DNA of 64,000 bases, taken from contig JAZRVL010000049.1 of assembly GCA_045599105.1 (NCBI GenBank), forward strand, positions 6,507-70,506, written 5' to 3'. The position numbers were made by a program, and so were the translations under genes. How positions within the stretch are numbered: the stretch's first letter is position 1; every line of letters starts with the position of its first letter. The notes beneath the pieces were generated by a model. That model had not been told where the DNA came from. It was given only the letters and a program-made list of their open reading frames with translations, and did no database searches. The DNA comes from Kiritimatiellia bacterium (GTDB taxonomy: Bacteria > Verrucomicrobiota > Kiritimatiellia > RFP12 > UBA1067). This document shows positions 57,308 through 64,000 of the stretch, piece by piece.

Positions 57308-57336
57308 TTGACCTTTCTCCTACTGTGTGGTAAAAT
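57308..57336 (+). promoter_or_regulatory. sigma70 promoter with extended -10 in front of the 2197-aa gene
   Basis: TTGACC (57308-13), exactly 17 nt, TGGTAAAAT (57328-36). GGGAG at 57349-53 precedes the ATG at 57364. The hairpin GCGGA-tattat-TCCGC (57290-57305) sits just upstream. Confidence 0.5.
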
Positions 57337-57363
57337 TATCTACATAGTGGGAGTAAAGTTATT

Positions 57364-60300
57364 ATGAAAAAAATGCTCAAATGTCTACATTTGTTCGCGG
57401 GGATTCTTTTCGCCAGTTTGTCATTTGCCGCAGTCGAGCCGGTTGCGGTATGGAGTGGTGACTTGGCGGATAATTCCACCAAGAATGATATTACGCTTAC
57501 GCTTAATGGAAATTCGGTTAGCGAAGGGGTTGTGACAATTGATCAGGCGAAGGGAATTCAGTTTTACAATAATAAATTTAATACTAAAATTATTACAGTT
57601 CTCGTAAAGTATTCCAATTTTGATGTAACTGCTACTACTTCACGGGCCATGATTACGGTTGGTGGTGTTAGTGGTAGTACGGCAACTGGCAAAAACGATG
57701 ATGGTATAGGTATATATGCGAATGGTGCTGCTGTTAAGGGCCTAAAAAATGGTGCGGCGGCAACTACCGGTACAAGTAGTGGTAGTTTTAGTTCATCGGG
57801 GGTAATTGCACTTACGCATAACGGTACTAGTGGTGGAACTAACGGATATTTGGGTGATGGCACTAAGGTTTATGCTGGGACAACATTAAAAATTACAAGT
57901 CCAGCACCACTATACACCCGCTTTATTGGCGTAGGCGGGAACTATGCTGTAACTGGCAAACTTGCCGCGGCTACTGGTATGAAGATTGAGGGTGTAGCAA
58001 TTTTTGAGACCGTGCTTTCGACTACCGACATTGCCGAGTATGAATTCCCAACCCCAGGCCCTGGTCCCGAACCCGAGCCCAAGCTCAAACCAGCAGTTTT
58101 GTGGAATGGAGATTTTGATGTTACCGAAAAGGATGGCTATACTCTTAATTTAAATAATCACACGGTAGCAGCTGATGGCTCGCACATTTTAATGGGCGCT
58201 GGGACGAATGGCATTGAGATTGATTGGGACACGGGTATTGGAGCGGCGACAGTTATTTTTAAATGCGAGAATGTATCGACGGAAGTTGTAGCTCAGAAAA
58301 ATTCATGTTATGCCACTGTTTACAATACGCAAAGTTTAAATCGTGTTGGAGTAATACGCCGTCCTACAGATGGAAAGCTTCAGGGGATTTGGGCTAATAC
58401 ACCTTGGGGGGATAGTCCAACGCCAGACTTTCCAACCAGCACGGGCAATCAGATTTATGCACTTGGATATCAGTATGATAAAGGGACTATTTTCTGTTCA
58501 TATGTAAATGACGCATGGACTACCTTATTGGATGAGGCTGGACTTGGCTCGCCTGCATACGATAATAATTCAATTAAGGGATTTTCTATTTTGGGTTATC
58601 GTGGGTCTTCCGATAATATGATTGCACTTGAGGGTGCTAAAGTTACGGCTGTTGCGGTTTTCGATAAGAAGCTTACGGCAGAGGAGATTGCCGCTTATGA
58701 GTTTCCCAGTAAACCATCTGGTCCCAAACTTGTTTGGGAAGGTAATTCTGCAAGCGAAGGCAAGATATTGTCTCAGGCGGTAGAGAAAGGTAAACCGTTT
58801 ACACTGATTATCAATATGGTTAATCCGGATGAGAATACACCAGTTGGTTCGTATATTATCAACAAGGTGCCTAGCGCTGGGCAGTCATTTACACCGTTTT
58901 GCATAGCGACTGACTTGTTCGCTGATTTTGACACGAGCGGGAGCGTACCCAATAGCAGCGTGTATTTTTACGAAAAGAAGTCTGGTGGATTCTGGGTTGG
59001 GGTCGGCTCCCGTAGTAACGAGGGGAATGGCACGTCAAAAGAAGAGATAAAGGGTGACGATGTGGCTGCATATGACTCGATTTACGTTGCCTACTCTGGA
59101 ACCGTTGGTGCGGATGGTGTGGTGGCAAACTATACGAGGATGATTTATGCGCACAATAAGAATACTGATCAGTATTATACGCTTTCCGATACGACTGCCT
59201 CGCTGACGATTTCAGATTCGCTCGACACGATGAATGTCAATTCATCTGCGGATGCGCTTAATTTCAAGGTTTATCTGGATAACGCCCAGCGTGATACGGA
59301 TGGAATCAAGCAAGCGATTGAAGACATCATAAATCCTCCGGCATTTATAGTTGAGGCGACGATTTCGGGAGGAACAATTAAGGTTAGCGACATTAACGCA
59401 CTTGACGAGCTTAAATCGGCAACTGCGGAGACCACGGTAAATCTTACGATTACGGCTTCTTCAACGCTTGAATTTGATGAGCCGTTTAAGTGCAAGCAGT
59501 GCAATGTTATTTTAGATGGAACGCTCACATTTGCAGGCGAGGGATTACCTGACTATGAAGAATATAGCAAGTTTAACTTTAAAAAGGTAACCTCCATTGA
59601 CTATGAATGGATTGCGATAGGCAGTGGCATGGCAATTAACTTTCATTCAAGTGGAAGATCTTTGGGCGATAGTGATGAAGCAGGGATTCCCGGGTTAACG
59701 ATTTATGGAAATTGCTGGAATAACTATGATGAGGCAACTGGAAATATTACCGCTAAAATGTTTGCGCATAATGGCTCCGATATTATTGTCGACACTATGC
59801 CCGTTAATTGGTCGTGTGCAAACATATATCAGTGGGACGATGCTTCGGTAACCGCCCCATATCTTAAGGGTTATCTTGATGATACGAATAGTGCACTTGC
59901 CTTTAGCGCTACTGTTCCATTTGGGTGTTATGATTTGTATATTATTTGTGCTACTGATAATGGAAATGTAACCTTTTCACCCAAGGTGGTGAATGGAGTT
60001 AAATATACTGCAAACTCGAGCGGAGAGGCGATTAAAGGTTCTGAGGGTTGGGGAATGTCGCACGGTTCAACGCCAATTCTTGGAACAAACGTTATGCGAG
60101 TTTCCGGCCTTACTGCACAGAATCTTACGATTAGCGCGCCCCGCGAAAATGGGCGCGGATGTATTGCGGCGATTGTTGTTGTCAAGGTGCAATCGGCGAA
60201 AATTGTTGATGTCGATTGTGGCGATGGCAAGTCTATGAGCGAGATTAATGCGATTGATGCAGATGCGGTCAATTTGCGTTTTAACGATGGCGGCGTTTTG

Positions 60301-63300
60301 ACAATGGATCAATCGCCAAATAAGCCGTGTAACATTGTCGGTACAAGTGCGGTTACTTTGGATGGATTGGGGAATGCGACAATAACTGATGATGATTGGA
60401 ACAAATTTGATTTTACCAGAGCTACAGGAAACATTACTATCAAGGTTAATGCTTCCAATGGATTAGTCGCACCTGCATTAAAAAGCATGATTCAAAGTGC
60501 TGGCGATAATTTGACTTTTATCTTCAAAGGTTTGGAAGATGCGGGCGTGACCTTGGATTTCGGTCAAACGCGCGAGTCAATTAATTGTCATGTGGTGTTT
60601 GATGGCGGAACGCATGCGATGACCTATTTGAACAATAATACGAATGTTCCATTCGGAGTAAATGGAACGGCCGATAAGCCGACTTTACTGGTGACGAATG
60701 GGGCGACATTGAATTTCACGGCTAAGGATATTTCTTGGTATAGTGGGGTAGTGGATGTAAACGGAGTTATTCGCGTTAATGATGGAGCAACGCTTAATTT
60801 CTTGCAAAGCGAAGCGACAACCTTCTTTTATCGTCAACGTCTTTGGCTCGATCCTGGTTCAACGATGACATTTAATTATGGCATTACGCATTATGGTAGT
60901 GGGGATGAATCAGATTTCCGCTGGCAAGGTGGCACAACTAATGGTATGGAGCAAATTTATGTTCCTGCGAGTGATGTGGATATGACAGATAAGCCGGCAA
61001 TTATCCAGCAGCTTGGCGATGGCGATTTGCATCTCGCTTCGGATGCTACGCGCGGTCTTGCCATCTTCGTGGGCGAGAACTCGAAATTGCAATTGGATAC
61101 GGAGTTTAGCCGGGCGGAAGACGCGGCTACCATTAAAACCGGTGGAGGCATCTTGGAGTTTAAGCGCGATGTTACGGCGCCCATAACAATATATGGCGGT
61201 GGAATAGGATTTGCGAGCGAGTGCAGTACAAGCGACTTGATTTTTGAAAGCGATAATACTTTAATTGAGGTGGCGGCGGGGATTACCGTTTCTCCCAACA
61301 TAACGCGCAATGGCCACTCGATTGTAAAACTTGGCGAGGGCGCATTAATGCTGAATGCTGGATATGAAGGCGAGCTAACGCTTAAGGAAGGTGTATTAAA
61401 GCTCAAACTTTCCGTTGCACAGATGGCTACTGGTTATACGGCGGCCGGGGTGACCTTTGGCGAAGGTATTACCGGTATTACTTTTGTCTTGCCCGACGGC
61501 ACGGAGATTCCGACTGAGGGAAAGACTTATGAGGGCGGTGGACTTCTTTGGACTGGCGAGGCCGGAGATAAGTTTTGGAAAACCCCAGGTAACTGGTCGA
61601 CGGGAACTGTGCCGACCGCTGACGATGCGGTGGCGATTAGTTTCGCGGCGGAGATAATTGTCGAGGCGGGCGATACCTGCAAGATGTTGTCAATCCAAAA
61701 TGATGTTTCGCTATCGGGTTCGTTTGATAACTTGGGAATGGCGGCAATTGATCCCGAAAAGACCTTGACAATAACGGTCGCTGCAAGTGAAGAGAAAGTC
61801 TTTCCGAGTGTTACGGGCGCTGGCTCTTTGGTTAAGGCGGGAGATGGTGTATTGGTAGTGGCAAATGTTCCGGAAGGGCCAATGGAAATAGCGAGTGGGA
61901 AATTAATTGTTACTGCAAACGCTCCGGCAACGATAAGCACGGTGATAAGCGGTGAAGGGTGCTTTGAGAAGCGTGGACCGGAAGCGCTTACTTTGACTGC
62001 CGAAAACACTCTTACCGGTGGATTGATTGTGGGCGAAGGTGTTTTGAAGATGGGCGCAGGCAAGTGCTTGGGCCCATACTACACAGAAGAAGTTGGCTAT
62101 GCCACCATTGTCGTAAAAGAGGGTGCCGCGCTTGATACCAATGGGCAAACGAATGGTGGTTCGCTTGCGCGGACGTATGCGGTGCAATTTGAAGCGAATG
62201 CGATCTTGACCGATACGGGAACGAGAACAAATGATCTCAAATTCTTCCCGCTAAGCAAGATTATCGCGCTTGGGGACATGTTTATTGATGTGGACGAAGA
62301 GAAGAATGTCGGTATTTCACTTCATTATAATTCAGACGGCGTTGAACTTGATTTAGGCGAGCACACGGTCACTAAACGCGGTGAAGGCGAGTTTGTGCTT
62401 GGCTCGGGGGCGCCGATTATTGGTACGGGTAAGTTGTTGATTCAAGAAGGAACGCTTACCACTCAACCGAAGAATGGCGGCGCGACTTCCGTTGCCGAGG
62501 ATGGTACGATAGAGTTCGCAGACGGCACTGTTTTTAATCCTACCAGTTATTCAGGTGCAAATGGTGATATTACGGCAGCCAATATTATCTACAATGGCAT
62601 TATTTTCGGTGAAACTGGAACCTTGACCGCAACCAAGAAGTTATCCGGCAAGGGCATAGCCAATAATGTTGTTGTGGGCGATGGAGCGACGATTGACGCG
62701 ACGGGAGAAGGCGAATTTCTTGTTTCTTCCGTAAGATTTGGCAGTGCATTAACGGTGATTAGCGAAACGGGCGCAGATCTCTTTATGGTTGGGGGCGCGA
62801 GGCCCGCTTTACCGACTTCATTAACGGTGCTTTTGCCGGATGGCTCGCCTAATAGAGGTAGCTTTTCTCTTCAGTATGTCGATTCGAAAGTTGTTCTTGC
62901 TTGCACGGTAATTGCCTTTGAGTTGCCGGTAATCGAAAACGCCTCTTTCAAGGTTGAGGGCGGGGAAATTGTAGATGAGCATTATGCTCGAGTTGCAATT
63001 GGAGGTAATGCAACGATAAGCTATACGACGAACGCGGGTTATAGCTTTTACGATGAGATGGGCGCTTATACCGGTAAGTCGCTTATTAAATTTGTGCTTG
63101 AGTCTTTAGCGCAGGATCCCAAGATTACCGAACTTTTGAAAGACGTAACGACACGCCAAGCCGTGGTCTCGATTAGAAGCGGGGACGAGACTGAATATTA
63201 CTTCGACTTCATGGAAGCATTTGATTTGCTACAGGAGAATGACGAGCTCATTCTTTATGCCGATGCAATCCTCACGCTAACCGATCCGTATGAAGTTTTG

Positions 63301-63957
63301 GCGAATACGGTAATTACGCTTAACGGTTTTGAGTTACGCGGTAGCGAGGCGGTGTCGTTCTTGATTGACGGCGGGATAGCGTTTTATCTTTACGAGCAAT
63401 ATGTGTTTAATCCTGCTGATGAAGGCACGGTGAACGATAACATTACTTTCACCTTAACGGACGGCATCATTTATTCGTATGCACCGCTGAAGATTTCGTC
63501 TGATTCGTACATAAAAATCTATAGTGAAATCAACGGGTATACGTATGCGCCGTCCACCAAGTTGGAAACGATTACCGCAAGTCTTCGTGCTGGCGAGGCG
63601 GTCGAATTGCCAGACGGCAGCGAGCCAAAGTTGATTGAGGCACTGGAGACATTCGGCTATGATCTTGAGAAGGTCTCTACAATGAGTGTAGGCGAATATA
63701 AAGTTATTATTTCGCCGGACGAGGCGGTGAATGGCTCGAAGATCGAGAGCTTTGAGATTGCGGGCGGCAAGGCGACGATTACGATTCCCGCGAAGTCCAA
63801 TCTGTACTATGGGCTTGAGTATGCGAACAATCCCGCCTTCAGCGGTTCGCAGGTAAAGTGGGCGGAGCAGGGGGCGAAGACGCTTTCCGCCGACGCCGAA
63901 GGCGCGAACATGTTCTACCGCGTTCTTATCACCGATAAAGATCCGACGATAAAGTGA
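57364..63957 (+). CDS. giant secreted protein (2197 aa): three LamG-like modules plus autotransporter-associated beta-strand (PATR) repeats
   Basis: Signal peptide MKKMLKCLHLFAGILFASLSFAA. PATR-like units include GAGSLVKAGDGVLVVANVPEGPMEIASGKLIV and GEGCFEKRGPEALTLTAENTLTGGLIVGEGVLKMG. There is no C-terminal beta-barrel-like ending. Confidence 0.85.
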   Translation: MKKMLKCLHLFAGILFASLSFAAVEPVAVWSGDLADNSTKNDITLTLNGNSVSEGVVTIDQAKGIQFYNNKFNTKIITVLVKYSNFDVTATTSRAMITVGGVSGSTATGKNDDGIGIYANGAAVKGLKNGAAATTGTSSGSFSSSGVIALTHNGTSGGTNGYLGDGTKVYAGTTLKITSPAPLYTRFIGVGGNYAVTGKLAAATGMKIEGVAIFETVLSTTDIAEYEFPTPGPGPEPEPKLKPAVLWNGDFDVTEKDGYTLNLNNHTVAADGSHILMGAGTNGIEIDWDTGIGAATVIFKCENVSTEVVAQKNSCYATVYNTQSLNRVGVIRRPTDGKLQGIWANTPWGDSPTPDFPTSTGNQIYALGYQYDKGTIFCSYVNDAWTTLLDEAGLGSPAYDNNSIKGFSILGYRGSSDNMIALEGAKVTAVAVFDKKLTAEEIAAYEFPSKPSGPKLVWEGNSASEGKILSQAVEKGKPFTLIINMVNPDENTPVGSYIINKVPSAGQSFTPFCIATDLFADFDTSGSVPNSSVYFYEKKSGGFWVGVGSRSNEGNGTSKEEIKGDDVAAYDSIYVAYSGTVGADGVVANYTRMIYAHNKNTDQYYTLSDTTASLTISDSLDTMNVNSSADALNFKVYLDNAQRDTDGIKQAIEDIINPPAFIVEATISGGTIKVSDINALDELKSATAETTVNLTITASSTLEFDEPFKCKQCNVILDGTLTFAGEGLPDYEEYSKFNFKKVTSIDYEWIAIGSGMAINFHSSGRSLGDSDEAGIPGLTIYGNCWNNYDEATGNITAKMFAHNGSDIIVDTMPVNWSCANIYQWDDASVTAPYLKGYLDDTNSALAFSATVPFGCYDLYIICATDNGNVTFSPKVVNGVKYTANSSGEAIKGSEGWGMSHGSTPILGTNVMRVSGLTAQNLTISAPRENGRGCIAAIVVVKVQSAKIVDVDCGDGKSMSEINAIDADAVNLRFNDGGVLTMDQSPNKPCNIVGTSAVTLDGLGNATITDDDWNKFDFTRATGNITIKVNASNGLVAPALKSMIQSAGDNLTFIFKGLEDAGVTLDFGQTRESINCHVVFDGGTHAMTYLNNNTNVPFGVNGTADKPTLLVTNGATLNFTAKDISWYSGVVDVNGVIRVNDGATLNFLQSEATTFFYRQRLWLDPGSTMTFNYGITHYGSGDESDFRWQGGTTNGMEQIYVPASDVDMTDKPAIIQQLGDGDLHLASDATRGLAIFVGENSKLQLDTEFSRAEDAATIKTGGGILEFKRDVTAPITIYGGGIGFASECSTSDLIFESDNTLIEVAAGITVSPNITRNGHSIVKLGEGALMLNAGYEGELTLKEGVLKLKLSVAQMATGYTAAGVTFGEGITGITFVLPDGTEIPTEGKTYEGGGLLWTGEAGDKFWKTPGNWSTGTVPTADDAVAISFAAEIIVEAGDTCKMLSIQNDVSLSGSFDNLGMAAIDPEKTLTITVAASEEKVFPSVTGAGSLVKAGDGVLVVANVPEGPMEIASGKLIVTANAPATISTVISGEGCFEKRGPEALTLTAENTLTGGLIVGEGVLKMGAGKCLGPYYTEEVGYATIVVKEGAALDTNGQTNGGSLARTYAVQFEANAILTDTGTRTNDLKFFPLSKIIALGDMFIDVDEEKNVGISLHYNSDGVELDLGEHTVTKRGEGEFVLGSGAPIIGTGKLLIQEGTLTTQPKNGGATSVAEDGTIEFADGTVFNPTSYSGANGDITAANIIYNGIIFGETGTLTATKKLSGKGIANNVVVGDGATIDATGEGEFLVSSVRFGSALTVISETGADLFMVGGARPALPTSLTVLLPDGSPNRGSFSLQYVDSKVVLACTVIAFELPVIENASFKVEGGEIVDEHYARVAIGGNATISYTTNAGYSFYDEMGAYTGKSLIKFVLESLAQDPKITELLKDVTTRQAVVSIRSGDETEYYFDFMEAFDLLQENDELILYADAILTLTDPYEVLANTVITLNGFELRGSEAVSFLIDGGIAFYLYEQYVFNPADEGTVNDNITFTLTDGIIYSYAPLKISSDSYIKIYSEINGYTYAPSTKLETITASLRAGEAVELPDGSEPKLIEALETFGYDLEKVSTMSVGEYKVIISPDEAVNGSKIESFEIAGGKATITIPAKSNLYYGLEYANNPAFSGSQVKWAEQGAKTLSADAEGANMFYRVLITDKDPTIK
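57433..59340 (+). repeat. three tandem LamG-like modules of about 200-230 aa
   Basis: The modules open with VAVWSGDL, AVLWNGDF and KLVWEGNS. They close with KIEGVAIFETVLSTTDIAEYEFP, KVTAVAVFDKKLTAEEIAAYEFP and NFKVYLDNAQRDTDGIKQAIEDI. They are separated by PGPGPEPEPK and SKPSGPK linkers. Confidence 0.6.
61130..62465 (+). repeat. PATR-type beta-strand repeat region
   Basis: IKTGGGILEFKRDV, KLGEGALMLNAGYEGELTLKEGVLKLK, two further units near 61816-62060, and TKRGEGEFVLGSGAPIIGTGKLLIQEGTLT. Confidence 0.6.
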
Positions 63958-64000
63958 AATTCAAGATAGCGATTTTTGCGTTTCTCCTTTCGCTGTCGCT
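63954..64000 (+). CDS. 5' end of a further secreted-protein gene (runs off the right edge)
   Basis: A GTG at 63954 overlaps the TGA of the 2197-aa gene (GTGA). My translation is MKFKIAIFAFLLSLS, which is signal-peptide-like. Only 15 codons are visible. Confidence 0.35.
   Translation, partial: MKFKIAIFAFLLSLS

Noticed and set aside
1-64000. Defence island, prophage or integrative element.
   Set aside because: I recognised no integrase, transposase, reverse transcriptase, Cas, restriction-modification, toxin-antitoxin or phage structural genes, and no flanking tRNA or direct repeats. The context is core housekeeping around the replication origin.

Overview
Calls rest on motif recognition in the supplied translations and on my own reading of the nucleotides; no database search or computation was run. 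The window looks like the replication-origin region of a compact bacterial chromosome. A PVC-superphylum origin (Verrucomicrobiota/Lentisphaerota-like) is an inference from gene content. Every gene from 1 to 54701 is on the minus strand and every gene from 54952 onward is on the plus strand, so coding orientation diverges at the 54702-54951 spacer. Just left of that spacer lie mnmG, dnaA and dnaN, with DnaA-box-like 9-mers and a very AT-rich dnaA-dnaN spacer. About 47% of the window (29.8 kb) is four giant secreted-protein genes of 4021, 2843, 879 and 2197 aa. Three of them, plus a 127-aa lipoprotein-like gene, form one tightly coupled minus-strand operon at 15139-38658. That operon runs with a 5-nt gap into ackA-pta-kdsD. 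Next downstream is a pilM/N-pilO-pilP-pilQ-like (GspL/M/C/D-like) secretin platform resembling the Akkermansia Amuc_1098-1102 cluster, then coaE, rho and uvrA. The giant proteins combine LamG-like modules, many thrombospondin-type-3-like DxDxDG calcium motifs, a glycine-rich domain and autotransporter-associated beta-strand repeats. I could recognise no export, anchoring or sorting module in them. This operon and its possible link to the neighbouring secretin platform is my best candidate for an undescribed system. The remainder (38954-50117) is a dense housekeeping string: yqeY, gmk, coaC, ispF, rpe, tadA, two tatD-like genes, rluA-family and others. I saw no rRNA, tRNA, CRISPR array, transposase, integrase or recognisable defence genes.
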